Shown: positions 42,844 to 53,086 of the stretch, piece by piece
Layout of the letters: the number at the start of each line of letters is the position of its first letter
Position numbering within the stretch: position 1 is the stretch's first letter
DNA from: a virus
Taxonomy: Duplodnaviria > Caudoviricetes
DNA length: 55,093 bases
Reading direction: 5' to 3' (one strand)
Virus record (IMG/VR): IMGVR_UViG_3300032093_000174
Coordinates: 1 to 55,093 of that record
The notes under the pieces: generated by a model
Told to the model about the DNA's origin: nothing
The model's input: the letters and a program-made list of their open reading frames with translations, nothing else
Databases searched by the model: none
Made by a program: the position numbers and the translations under genes

Positions 42844-43776
42844 ATGACTGTATTCGCGGGACACTATGGGCAAGTCGAGCTTAAGCGCGTAGGTGGTGGA
42901 GGCTCGATTAATGCGCGAATTAGTCCTGCCAATTTACTGGTCAGTAGAAAGCGCATCAACATTGGCGATCCAGATGGCATTGACTTGCCTAATGGAACCA
43001 TCACTACAGGTGACCGCATTAGACTCACCACTAGCGATTCTCGCGGCCTGCCACTGAGGCTCTACACAAACGCCGCAAATACCACTTACATAGACAACCC
43101 TGGCGCTGGCGTTCTTCCCATTGAATTTTTTGCCAATGTGGATGCCATGGGCGCCATTCGCATGTATCGCAGCTTTAGCGATGCCATTAATAATCCCGGC
43201 GTGCGCTTCTTGGCAGTACCACTATCCGTTAGTGCATTAGCAGCGCCTTGGCAAGTTGATATGTCCATTGTTGAAGGTGGTTTTCATAAGCTAGGGCAAG
43301 TAAAGGGTTTCACGTTTTCTACTGACAGAGACTCCACTGAAATCACCTCCCTGGGTGAACGCTTCAAAAACTTTGCGCAATCTGGCATCTCCGGCAGTGG
43401 CACTGTTGACTGCTTGTTTAGTTTCAAAAACTTAAACGACGAAGAAATCCCACTTGCATTATGCGAACTTGTACAAAAGATAGAAGCAGGGGCAAAATTT
43501 GCTGGCAAGTTTTACTTGCTTGAACCACGAGTGCAGCAAATTCCTGGCTATGCAACAAATGAAGGCGTATGGTATGAAGTAAATGGTATTATGACAAGAG
43601 CTGGTATTACAGTGCAATCAGATCAGATTGTGGAATGCAGTTTTGATTTTATCAGTGCCGGTGCATTTGCCCTGAAGAGTGGAGTAACACCAGTCGAAAT
43701 AACAACTGAGGCTGACGTTAGAATTGGCACTGATGCCGATTTGACAGAGCTTGGGCTCTTAGTGGAAGCAAACTAA
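42844..43776 (+). CDS. tail-tube-fold-like virion protein
   Basis: F.FSTDR…EITSLGE.F…GISGSG..DC.F. Confidence 0.55.
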   Translation: MTVFAGHYGQVELKRVGGGGSINARISPANLLVSRKRINIGDPDGIDLPNGTITTGDRIRLTTSDSRGLPLRLYTNAANTTYIDNPGAGVLPIEFFANVDAMGAIRMYRSFSDAINNPGVRFLAVPLSVSALAAPWQVDMSIVEGGFHKLGQVKGFTFSTDRDSTEITSLGERFKNFAQSGISGSGTVDCLFSFKNLNDEEIPLALCELVQKIEAGAKFAGKFYLLEPRVQQIPGYATNEGVWYEVNGIMTRAGITVQSDQIVECSFDFISAGAFALKSGVTPVEITTEADVRIGTDADLTELGLLVEAN

Positions 43777-43778
43777 CC

Positions 43779-46661
43779 ATGACAGTCCGTATTTCTGAGC
43801 TAAATGAACTTTCTGGCGATTTAGCTCAGGGAGATTTGCTGCCTATCGTTGACTTAAGTGGCGGTGAAACCAAGAAGATTCAAGCTGGTAATTTCATTGC
43901 TATTGGCATCAGCGGGGCGCCGTCATCGTTCATTGATCTCGCCAAGCTTAATCAATCATCTACGACTAAACTTGCCGCAAATGCGCTGGCCACGACTGGC
44001 GTGGGTTCTGGCACTTATGGCAATGCCTCCACAGTTCCACAATTCACGGTCAATTCTCAAGGCCTTGTCACTTTCGCTTCTGGCGTGCCCATTGTTATTG
44101 CGGCAAGTGGCGTTACTGGTCTTGCTCCCGTGGCGACCAGTGGCACTTATGCAAGCTTAACTGGGCTTCCTGCACTCGGCAGTATTGCTTCGCAAAGTGC
44201 TGGCAACGTAGCCATCAGCGGCGGCACAATTAGTGGCGCGACGATCAGTGTCAATGGCGTAACGATTAGTGGCGGCACTATTGTTGCCATTACTGACCTG
44301 GCTATTGCCGATGGTGGCACTGGAGCGTCTACAGCATCTGACGCCCGAACAAACCTTGGCCTTGTCATTGGTACCAACGTCCAAGCATATAGTTCTGTTC
44401 TCTCTGGCGTTGCTGGGCAGTTTACGGCAGCCGATCAAATTGTTTATGCCTCTGCATCGGGCGTAGTCGCTTCTACTCCCTTCACTGCATTTGGTCGTTC
44501 CATTGTTTCTGGATCTACCGCCAACAGTGTACGCTCTACGCTTGGCCTTGGCTCGATAGCCATCCAAGAGGCTAACAATGTTGCCATTTTGGGGGGCGCT
44601 ATTTCTGGGGTGACGCTAACCACTGGCAACGCGACCATTAGCGGCGGTACTATTAGCGGAATCACTGACTTGGCGGTAGCAGATGGCGGCACAGGCGCCT
44701 CCACTGCTTTGCAAGCAAGGGCAAATCTTGGTCTAGCTATTGGCACTAATGTTCAGGCCTATAGCAGTGTCCTGTCTGGAGTGGCCAGTCGGTTTACTGC
44801 GGCGGACGAGGTCATTTATGCCTCTGCGTCAGGCGTGATTGCTTCTGCTCCGTTCACTTCGTTAGGACGCTCTATTGTTTCTGGCTCTACTGCTAGTGAC
44901 GTTAGAGGTACGCTGGGCCTTGGCTCAATGGCGGTGCAAAATGCAGGCCTTGTAACAATTAGTGGTGGCACCATTAATGGCATCACTGATTTAGCGGTGA
45001 CTGATGGTGGCACGGGCGCCTCCACGGCTTCTGGCGCACGCTCTAATCTTGGCCTTGTCATTGGCACCAATGTGCAGGCTTACGACGCTGGCCTTGCCTC
45101 CATCGCTGGACTCACCACTTCTGTTGGACAATTCCTCTACACTACCGCCTCTGACACCTATACGACAGGCGCAATCACTGATTTCACAAGAACATTTCTT
45201 GCAAGCGGTACGAATGGTGCAACATCACGATCATATTTGGGAGTGGGCGCGGTAGGTGCCTTAGAAGTGGTCACTTCTAGCTTTATTGCCACCGGAGCCG
45301 TTGGCAGTGGAGCCCTGGCAGACAGTGGCGTCACTTCAGTGAAAATTGCTTCTGGCAATGTCATCACTACCTCCATAGCCGACTCTGCCGTCACCACAGC
45401 CAAAATCAATAACGATGCCATTACAGCGGCGAAGGTGGCTGATAATTCCGTAACCATTGTTGGCGCTAACCCTCCAATCAGCATTGGCAGTTTTATCGGT
45501 CAGCAATACGTTGATTCCGTTACCAATTTTGAATATACATGGAATGGGAGTGCCTGGCAGCGGTTAGCAGGCATTGCTTCAATTGCTTTTTCTGATAGTA
45601 CACCACTGTCGTTTACTGCCACCTACCCTGACGCATTTTCGGCAACAATTACCACCTCGCTGGATAATCAAACCGCCAATACTATTTTTGCTGGCCCATC
45701 GTCTGGCTCTGCTTCTGCTCCTTCATTTAGAGCTCTTGCTTCCACTGATCTGCCCATCGCCACTTCCAGCACAAGAGGGGGAGTGCTCCCTGGCGCTGGT
45801 TTGTCCGTGGCCGCCAATGGTGCATTAAATCATAGCAATTCAACAGTGGCTGGCACTTACGCGGGGCCAGTAACAATTGATGCACAGGGGCATATTGTTT
45901 CAGCGCTTGCCAACCTTCAGGCCTCAAACATTCCTAATTTGGATGCAAGCAAGATCACCACTGGCACATTTACCAGCGCATTTCTTGCTCCCAACAGTGT
46001 TACTGCTTCTCAGCTTGCAGATTATGGTATTGCACAAGTAAGCGAAAGCGCCCCCGCTCCTGAATTCGCTGGGCAATGGTGGATCAATCCAAATGATCGC
46101 TCTGCTTTTATTTGGGTGGGGGAAGTCACTCCTGTGCCGAATGGTTATTGGCTCAACTTGGGCTATGGCTCTCCCACGCAAATCAACTTGCGTTTTGGTG
46201 GCACCTATAACGCTTCTGGCAATACAGTGGCCAGCATCAACAACTATGGCATTGAAGCGGGATTAACTGTTGGTCAAGGGCTATCCGCACCTAACACAGC
46301 AAACAATGGTGTCTATCTAATTGTCACGGCAAGTGGAGTGGGTTCTGCACCTGCGCCTGCAGACAATCTTGCCATAGGTAACTGGGTGCTATCTCAGGGC
46401 ATTGGCGCCACTTGGACCAAGGTTAATTTAAGCAGCGCAGTGGCTGGAGTTGGCGATCAAGACGTTCTCGTGAACGGCGCGGCGCTTGTCCCAACGGCAT
46501 CTGGTGTGGCCAGTCAAGAAGATCTTAATGCAGTTTTGTGGGCGCGGGCTCAAATTGCCAATACTTCTACTGCTGGCATTGTGCGTGCATCTTCTGAAAT
46601 CGTCGTGGCATCTGGCACGGGCATTATGACCATTGGAACAGTTGATGACGGTTCTTATTAA
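43779..46661 (+). CDS. tail fibre-like protein with three internal repeats
   Basis: ISGGTI..ITDLA..DGGTGASTA..AR.NLGL.IGTNVQAY occurs three times. Confidence 0.8.
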   Translation: MTVRISELNELSGDLAQGDLLPIVDLSGGETKKIQAGNFIAIGISGAPSSFIDLAKLNQSSTTKLAANALATTGVGSGTYGNASTVPQFTVNSQGLVTFASGVPIVIAASGVTGLAPVATSGTYASLTGLPALGSIASQSAGNVAISGGTISGATISVNGVTISGGTIVAITDLAIADGGTGASTASDARTNLGLVIGTNVQAYSSVLSGVAGQFTAADQIVYASASGVVASTPFTAFGRSIVSGSTANSVRSTLGLGSIAIQEANNVAILGGAISGVTLTTGNATISGGTISGITDLAVADGGTGASTALQARANLGLAIGTNVQAYSSVLSGVASRFTAADEVIYASASGVIASAPFTSLGRSIVSGSTASDVRGTLGLGSMAVQNAGLVTISGGTINGITDLAVTDGGTGASTASGARSNLGLVIGTNVQAYDAGLASIAGLTTSVGQFLYTTASDTYTTGAITDFTRTFLASGTNGATSRSYLGVGAVGALEVVTSSFIATGAVGSGALADSGVTSVKIASGNVITTSIADSAVTTAKINNDAITAAKVADNSVTIVGANPPISIGSFIGQQYVDSVTNFEYTWNGSAWQRLAGIASIAFSDSTPLSFTATYPDAFSATITTSLDNQTANTIFAGPSSGSASAPSFRALASTDLPIATSSTRGGVLPGAGLSVAANGALNHSNSTVAGTYAGPVTIDAQGHIVSALANLQASNIPNLDASKITTGTFTSAFLAPNSVTASQLADYGIAQVSESAPAPEFAGQWWINPNDRSAFIWVGEVTPVPNGYWLNLGYGSPTQINLRFGGTYNASGNTVASINNYGIEAGLTVGQGLSAPNTANNGVYLIVTASGVGSAPAPADNLAIGNWVLSQGIGATWTKVNLSSAVAGVGDQDVLVNGAALVPTASGVASQEDLNAVLWARAQIANTSTAGIVRASSEIVVASGTGIMTIGTVDDGSY

Positions 46662-46683
46662 GGAGCGATGAAGAGGATTAGAC

Positions 46684-46857
46684 ATGCCCTACCAATCGCC
46701 CAGGCTTGTTTACGCGGGCAAAGAAATTCCGCCATACGGAAATCCAGGGCAAGTCGTGGTCAAAACGGCGAGCGCCTTTTATTACACGACATGGGATAGC
46801 CTGGATCGCATTTTGAACGACACAAATGGGGTGATTGACGAAGGCGAATACGACTAG
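46684..46857 (+). CDS. 57-aa fibre-associated peptide
   Basis: Translated by hand; ends IDEGEYD, like the VDDGSY end of the upstream gene. Confidence 0.55.
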   Translation: MPYQSPRLVYAGKEIPPYGNPGQVVVKTASAFYYTTWDSLDRILNDTNGVIDEGEYD

Positions 46858-46920
46858 CCTTTAGAATGCAGCAAGTTAATCGCTCCTCTTGATGAGCTGA
46901 GCACTCGGAACTTTTTCTCC

Positions 46921-49900
46921 ATGGCATCCACTCTCAAGCATCTTCGTTCTTCTACGACCGATAAGCGCCCCACTGCCTCTGGGTTGGCGGAAGGACAGTT
47001 GGCTCTTAATACTGCTTCAGGCACGCCTGCATTGTTCTTCAAGGACAATGGAGGGGGCGTAGTGAAGGTTGGTCCGGCGCATGTGGGCGGCACTGCGCCC
47101 AACGCTTCTCCTGCTGGCAGTGCTGGTAACAGCATGGGAGAACTATGGGTGGATAATGGTACGACAATCAATGGTCTGAAGTATTACGACGGTTCTGTTT
47201 TCGTCAATCTCACCCCGTCTGGTAGTACCACTGTTCCAGGGCTGGTTGAGCTTGCTACTAATGCAGAAACACAAGCTGGCACTGACACTGTTCGCGCCGT
47301 GACGCCTTCGGGCTTGCAAAGCAAGATTAGCGACAGTATAAGCACTACCAGCTCGACCACCATCGCCTCTGCTACTGCCGTAAAAACGGCTTATGACTTA
47401 GCCAACGCAGCATTGCCCCGAAGTGGAGGATCAGTTACTGGCGAGCTTTTGATTGCACCGTCTGGAAGCCTTGTTTTTGAAGGTAGTACAAACGACGGCT
47501 TTGAAACCACACTGGCAGTAACCGATCCCACGGCAGATAGGATTATCACGCTGCCCAATACGACTGGCACGGTCATTACTACTGGCGACACGGGAACTGT
47601 TACCAGCACAATGATTGTCGATGGCACAATTGTCAACGCCGACATCAATGCTTCTGCCGCCATCGTTGACACTAAGCTTGCCACAATTGCTACCGCAGGA
47701 AAGGTAAGCAATAGTGCTACTACTGCCACCAGCGCCAATACGGCCAGTGCCATTGTTGCCCGCGACGGAAGCGGCAACTTTACGGCCAATGTCATCACTG
47801 CTTCGCTGACTGGTAACGTAACGGGCAATGTAACTGGCAATCTTACTGGCACTGCTAGCGCCATTGCTGATGATACTGTCACCTCTGCGAAGATTGTTGA
47901 TGGTGCTATTGTCAATGCCGATGTTAATGCTTCTGCGGCCATTGCTGGCACAAAGATCAGCCCTAACTTTGGCAGTCAGAACATTGTCACGACTGGCACC
48001 GCCACTGCTTCCGGCTTTATTCCCACTGGTTCTAGCGTGCCAACAAATGGCATGTATTTGCCAGCGGCAAACCAATTAGGCTTCTCAACCAATGGCACGG
48101 GGCGGTTGTTCGTCGATGCGAGCGGCAGGGTGGGAATTGGAACAAGTACCCCAGTTTCTCCGTTGACAATTATTGGTGCTGTTGATGGCGTATCATTCGG
48201 AACGAATACAACAAGTTTGGCGAGTAGCACTGCCAACGGTGTATTTTCTCCCACTGGCAACCAGCTTGGCTTTACAACTAATGCAACTGAGCGGGTGCGG
48301 ATTGACACAGGTGGCCGTTTGTTGGTTGGGACGAGTGTTGCCTATTCAATTCTTGGTTTTCAAGCGGGCACGCAACTTGCAGCACAAGATGGGACAGTTT
48401 TATGTATTAGAAACACCGAAAACAATGCAGGTACTGAATTAAACTGCGCCAAATCCCGTGGAACAGTAGGTGCTGCAGCAACTGTGGTGTCTGGTGACAC
48501 TATTGCCATTCAGCGTTTTGCCGCGTTTGAAGGGACGTCTTATGTAGAAGCTGCCCGTGTAGCAGCGCAAGTTGACGGCACCCCTGGCACCAATGACATG
48601 CCCGGTCGTTTGGTGTTCAGTACTACTGCTGATGGAGGAAGTACCGTAAGTGAGCGGATGCGTATTGATTCCAGCGGGAGGGTTGGGATTGGCGCTACTA
48701 GCCCAACCGAATTACTGCAGGTGGGCGGCAACATTTTTGCAAACGGTGGATTTGTTCGGACGGCTGGTGCAGGTGGAGCCGCAATTACTACGCGGGGATT
48801 TCGTCAAACAATCGATGGCACCGAATACTTGGCCATCTATCACGACAACACCGGTGCCGTATTTAACGTAAACGGCTCCGAACGCGCCCGCATCGACTCC
48901 TCCGGCAGGCTGCTGGTGGGGGCAAGTAGTGCGCGTAGCAATTACTACGGCTCCGTGACGCCAGGGGGAATTCAACTTGAAACTGGAACTCAGTCTCTTT
49001 TTCAAAACTCCAATAACGCCATTGGCTCTGCGTTCTATTTAGGCAAGTCTCGTGGGGCAACGGTTAACAGCAACACGGTGGTTCAGGCTGGTGATCAGCT
49101 TGGCGCTGTAATTTTCTTTGGCGCTGATGGAACAAATGTCTGGCCTGGTGCTCAGATTACCGCAGAAGTAGACGGCACCCCTGGCGCCAACGACATGCCA
49201 GGCCGCCTGGTATTCAGCACCACAGCCGATGGTGCTGCCAGTCCTACGGAGCGGATGCGGATTGACAACGCCGGGAACACCACATGGAATGGTGTTGGCC
49301 TTAAGCTAACTACAGGCAGGAACATTTCTGCGACTGTAGATAACAGCAGTATCAATATACTTGGCGGAGATATCACAACTAATCCAGGTGCAAACATTGA
49401 ACTCTATGGGGGCACCCACGTTTCATTTGCCAACACAATGATCCTGGATGCCAATGAGCATCGCTTCCGCACCGCAAACGGAGTCACTGAGCGGATGCGA
49501 ATTGATTCCAGCGGCAACGTAGGCATCGGAGGCGTCCCTGGCTCTTATCGCCTAGATGTTTTGGGGAGTGGTGGACAGAGAATCTTGAATCAAGGAGGAG
49601 GATCATTTCTTGAAATTGGCCAGGGAACTACAACTAATCAACCTGCTTACATTGATCTTATTGGCGATACAACTTACGCAGATTTTGGTTTCAGAATTAT
49701 TCGTAACGGTGGTGGGGCAAACGCAAACACTGAGTTTGTGCATCGTGGAACAGGCGACTTAAGACTTTACACTCAAGACGCTGCGCCCATTACGTTCTAT
49801 ACCGCTAACGCAGAACGCGCCCGCATCGACACCTCAGGCAGGCTGCTGGTGGGGACGAGTGCAAGCATCACTGCTGTTAGCTTCCCTTCTCTTGTTCAAT

Positions 49901-50541
49901 CAAACTCTTTTTACTCATATCAATCTTCGTTGTTTTCCGCCGATGCAAACGGTTCAAATACATTTTTCTTAAAATCAAGAAACGCGACAACAGGATCTCA
50001 CACCGTCGTCCAAGCTAACGATGTGTTTGGACAGATTAATTTTGCAGGCTCTGATGGCGCAAATTTTGTTTCAGGCGCAAATATTGCCGCAGCAGTAGAC
50101 GGCACCCCCGGCACCAACGACATGCCAGGCCGCCTGGTGTTCAGCACCACTGCTGACGGCGCTGCATCGCCTACTGAGCAACTCCGCATCTCCAACGGCG
50201 GCACCGTCATCTACAACCAGCCTGCACCGGCAGCCGTAGACGTTACCGCCACGCTGACCGTTGCCAACCTCACCGCCAAGATCATCACCTCATCCACTGC
50301 TGCGGCTGTCACAATGACACTGCCCACTGGCACACTGATGGATGGCGGTTTCAGCGGCCTCTACAACAACATGGCCTTTGAGTGGAGCGTCATCAACACA
50401 GGCGCCACAAACGCTGTGACAGTCCAGGGCGGCACCGGTCACACCCTAGTAGGCTCCGGTACTGTTGCTGCCAACAACTCACAGCGCTTCCTTTCCCGCA
50501 GAACGGCAGCGACCACATGGGTCACCTACCGTTTGACCTAA
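46921..50541 (+). CDS. long tail fibre / receptor-binding protein
   Basis: N-terminal KRP…LAEGQLALN; repeated ERMRIDSSG.VGIG and DGTPG.NDMPGRLVFSTTADG. Confidence 0.85.
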   Translation: MASTLKHLRSSTTDKRPTASGLAEGQLALNTASGTPALFFKDNGGGVVKVGPAHVGGTAPNASPAGSAGNSMGELWVDNGTTINGLKYYDGSVFVNLTPSGSTTVPGLVELATNAETQAGTDTVRAVTPSGLQSKISDSISTTSSTTIASATAVKTAYDLANAALPRSGGSVTGELLIAPSGSLVFEGSTNDGFETTLAVTDPTADRIITLPNTTGTVITTGDTGTVTSTMIVDGTIVNADINASAAIVDTKLATIATAGKVSNSATTATSANTASAIVARDGSGNFTANVITASLTGNVTGNVTGNLTGTASAIADDTVTSAKIVDGAIVNADVNASAAIAGTKISPNFGSQNIVTTGTATASGFIPTGSSVPTNGMYLPAANQLGFSTNGTGRLFVDASGRVGIGTSTPVSPLTIIGAVDGVSFGTNTTSLASSTANGVFSPTGNQLGFTTNATERVRIDTGGRLLVGTSVAYSILGFQAGTQLAAQDGTVLCIRNTENNAGTELNCAKSRGTVGAAATVVSGDTIAIQRFAAFEGTSYVEAARVAAQVDGTPGTNDMPGRLVFSTTADGGSTVSERMRIDSSGRVGIGATSPTELLQVGGNIFANGGFVRTAGAGGAAITTRGFRQTIDGTEYLAIYHDNTGAVFNVNGSERARIDSSGRLLVGASSARSNYYGSVTPGGIQLETGTQSLFQNSNNAIGSAFYLGKSRGATVNSNTVVQAGDQLGAVIFFGADGTNVWPGAQITAEVDGTPGANDMPGRLVFSTTADGAASPTERMRIDNAGNTTWNGVGLKLTTGRNISATVDNSSINILGGDITTNPGANIELYGGTHVSFANTMILDANEHRFRTANGVTERMRIDSSGNVGIGGVPGSYRLDVLGSGGQRILNQGGGSFLEIGQGTTTNQPAYIDLIGDTTYADFGFRIIRNGGGANANTEFVHRGTGDLRLYTQDAAPITFYTANAERARIDTSGRLLVGTSASITAVSFPSLVQSNSFYSYQSSLFSADANGSNTFFLKSRNATTGSHTVVQANDVFGQINFAGSDGANFVSGANIAAAVDGTPGTNDMPGRLVFSTTADGAASPTEQLRISNGGTVIYNQPAPAAVDVTATLTVANLTAKIITSSTAAAVTMTLPTGTLMDGGFSGLYNNMAFEWSVINTGATNAVTVQGGTGHTLVGSGTVAANNSQRFLSRRTAATTWVTYRLT

Positions 50542-50569
50542 CCCTGCCAACAGAGATCCCTTTTGAATA

Positions 50570-50690
50570 ACCACCGCCACATTGAGTGGCGCATCGCTGC
50601 TTAAATGCCAAGCCTCTAATGGCCAAGTGTTCACGTCCCACTGCATTGCAGACGCCAGCGACGACACCTATCGGGCCGGTAGTCCTATGC
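50570..50690 (+). pseudogene. frameshifted remnant paralogous to 50730-51035
   Basis: IEWRIA / LKCQASNGQVFTSHCIADASDDTYRAG versus FSWNVANLERHTADGLVFTVHYTIDANDGTYSSG. Confidence 0.7.
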
Positions 50691-50729
50691 TCTAACCTGT
50701 CCTAGACTATGTCCTTCCATTGTCCCACT

Positions 50730-51035
50730 ATGACTTCTTTCTCTTGGAACGTGGCCAATCTTGAGCGCCACACTGCTGACGGCTTGGTTTTCACCGTCCA
50801 CTACACCATTGACGCCAACGACGGCACCTATTCTTCGGGGGCCTATGGAAGCATTGGCCTTGAGCCCCCCACAGGCACCCCCATTCCCTATGCTGAACTC
50901 TCTTCGGAGATTGTCGTGGAATGGGTGAAGGATAGTCTTGGCGCTGATAAAGTGGCTGAAATCGAAGCCGCTTTGCAAGCTCAGCTTGACGAGCAACATC
51001 AGCCCAGCCGCGCTTCAGGTGTGCCATGGCAGTGA
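50730..51035 (+). CDS. fibre-associated small protein (chaperone-like)
   Basis: W.VANLER..ADG.V.TVHY…IPYAEL…V..WV…G.PW; follows the fibre gene. Confidence 0.75.
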   Translation: MTSFSWNVANLERHTADGLVFTVHYTIDANDGTYSSGAYGSIGLEPPTGTPIPYAELSSEIVVEWVKDSLGADKVAEIEAALQAQLDEQHQPSRASGVPWQ

Positions 51036-51166
51036 AAAGCAAGCAAGGCGCCGCTCGCGTTGAGCACGAGCCCAATCCCCCCAAGACCACTTCCATTGGG
51101 CAGGGTCAACATTCGCGCCCTCGTCGCAAAGGGAAAAAACCCATGAGAGGGCAAGGCAAAGGCTGA
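51026..51166 (+). CDS. 46-aa basic peptide ending KKPMRGQGKG
   Basis: Translated by hand; followed by terminator. Confidence 0.6.
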   Translation: MAVKSKQGAARVEHEPNPPKTTSIGQGQHSRPRRKGKKPMRGQGKG

Positions 51167-51182
51167 TTGACGGTCCACCACG

Positions 51183-51214
51183 AGGAGGCTACCATTCTGG
51201 GGCCTCCTTTTTTT
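51183..51214 (+). terminator. intrinsic terminator
   Basis: AGGAGGC-loop-GCCTCCT followed by T run. Confidence 0.7.
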
Positions 51215-51219
51215 ATGCC

Positions 51220-51471
51220 ATGCCTTTCGTCAACACCATTTCCTTCGCCCATCGCTTTTCTGATGACAAAGCGATGGAAGGATATTGTTCCTACAAAGAA
51301 GTTAACCACACCTATAGCGGAGATGGCGCCCAGGCGGTTTCACGAGCCTTCTTTCAATTTATGATGGCCTGTGGCTACCTTCCCCATAGCGTCATTGAAG
51401 CAATGCAAAATATTAGCAGCGAGTACAAAAGAACCTGCGGCTACAATAAGGAAAAGACAATGGAAGAATAA
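51220..51471 (+). CDS. hypothetical protein
   Basis: 83-aa ORF with TAATG coupling. Confidence 0.55.
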   Translation: MPFVNTISFAHRFSDDKAMEGYCSYKEVNHTYSGDGAQAVSRAFFQFMMACGYLPHSVIEAMQNISSEYKRTCGYNKEKTMEE

Positions 51472-52688
51472 TGGGGCAAGTAATTGCTGGCGGCGAACAG
51501 TTTGAAACTCACATAGAAGCTGATCATAGGGGCCGCGTGCTACAAAGCGGCCCTGACAGCGGAATGGTTGATGCCTTTGGTCGCCAGCGCGTAAGCGATC
51601 CCTATACGCTATTTGATAGCACGCTGCGCTATGACAAGCGACCAGACCAATGGTTTGAAGTTGTTTCTGGAGGTGGTAGCTCGACATTTTTGCCAAATGA
51701 ATGTAGCGTTGCAATGACAGTTGCTACGGCTTCTGGAAGCACTGTGCTTCGCCGTACTAAACAAAACTTTCCTTATCAGGCAGGCAAAAGCCTGATGATT
51801 ATGCAGAGTTTCGTTGGCGCTACTCTTGCTGATGGCGTCACTCAAGAAGTTGGCTTTTTTGATAACAATAACGGCGTTTTTGTAAGGGCTAGCGGCACTA
51901 CTATTCAGTTCGTAGTAAGAAGTTTTGCTACTGGAGCGGTAGTTGAAAATGTGGTTAACCAAAGCGATTGGAACATTGATACGTTGCCATCTTTGAACTT
52001 TGCCAAAGCTCAAATTTTCACTGCCGATTTTGAATGGTTACGTGTGCGTTGCGGGTTTGTTATTGATGGTGAAGTGACGTATTGCCATGAATTTCAACAT
52101 TCCAATTCCATTGATTCTGTCTATATGCAGACAGCAATCTTGCCATTGTCCTATCGCATTCACAATAGCATTGCACAGGCTTCTGGCCGCACTTTTAAGC
52201 AGATTTGTTGCAGCGTTTTAAGTGAAGGGGGTTATGAACCAGATGGGGCAATTTATTCTATTAATCATGATTTAGCAGCAGTTCCTAACGCGACTGGGGA
52301 GCGTGTTACTGCTGGCATTCGCATGGCAAGTGGTCGTACTGGCAACGTCATTCTTCCTGTGCGGATTTCTACGACCACTGCTTCCAGCGATGTGGTGCTA
52401 TGGCGTTTGCGCTTAAATCCAACGGTGTCTGGTGTTACTTGGGCGCCAGCGGACAATGGAAGGGGGAACGTCGAGACTACTACCAGCGCGACATCGGTGT
52501 CTGGTGGCACTGTGATTGACTCTGGATTTGTTTCACAGGGATCAGCCAATAACTATGCAGTGGCAGAAGCCATTCGTCTTGCCTTGGGGCAGAATGCGTC
52601 TGGCGTGAGCGACACTTTAATTTTGACAGTAGATAGCAATGTTAGTGCTAAAGCCCTTGGGATGATTGGATGGGTTGAAGTGGCGTAA
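51471..52688 (+). CDS. virion structural protein (beta-rich)
   Basis: DAFGR.RVS.P.TLFDS…FPYQ.GKS…G.FD..NG.F. Confidence 0.7.
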   Translation: MGQVIAGGEQFETHIEADHRGRVLQSGPDSGMVDAFGRQRVSDPYTLFDSTLRYDKRPDQWFEVVSGGGSSTFLPNECSVAMTVATASGSTVLRRTKQNFPYQAGKSLMIMQSFVGATLADGVTQEVGFFDNNNGVFVRASGTTIQFVVRSFATGAVVENVVNQSDWNIDTLPSLNFAKAQIFTADFEWLRVRCGFVIDGEVTYCHEFQHSNSIDSVYMQTAILPLSYRIHNSIAQASGRTFKQICCSVLSEGGYEPDGAIYSINHDLAAVPNATGERVTAGIRMASGRTGNVILPVRISTTTASSDVVLWRLRLNPTVSGVTWAPADNGRGNVETTTSATSVSGGTVIDSGFVSQGSANNYAVAEAIRLALGQNASGVSDTLILTVDSNVSAKALGMIGWVEVA

Positions 52689-52744
52689 GCTAGAGCTGTA
52701 ACAAGGCAATAGTTGTAGACTGTTTTAATGATGCTAGGTAAAAT

Positions 52745-53086
52745 GTGGATCCAGCACGTTACGACATAACTATTCACCAAGGCGCCACTTTTCAAATGGC
52801 CCTGCAATACAAGGACAGTGTTGGCACGCCAGTCAATATGAATGGTTATACCTTGGAGGCTGAGCTATGGAATCGCACTGGCACTGCAAAACTTGCCAAT
52901 TTTGACACTCCATGGACCGTTCAATCCAGTGGCATGTTTAATTTACGGCTTGACAGCACTGTCACGTCTGGCATTACAGAACAAGGACAATACGATTTAA
53001 TGATTACGGAGCCGGGGGGCGATAAATACTACTTACTGCAAGGCACTGCTTATATTGATCTGGGGCTGACTGGGCGAGGGTTGTGA
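52745..53086 (+). CDS. baseplate/fibre-anchor-like small protein
   Basis: [11 protein letters not shown]…P.N..GY…YDL…LLQG. Confidence 0.65.
   Translation: MDPARYDITIHQGATFQMALQYKDSVGTPVNMNGYTLEAELWNRTGTAKLANFDTPWTVQSSGMFNLRLDSTVTSGITEQGQYDLMITEPGGDKYYLLQGTAYIDLGLTGRGL

Noticed and set aside
46921-50541. Diversity-generating retroelement TR/VR pair
   Set aside because: No reverse transcriptase in the window; repeats are in-frame and differ mostly at synonymous positions, not specifically at adenines
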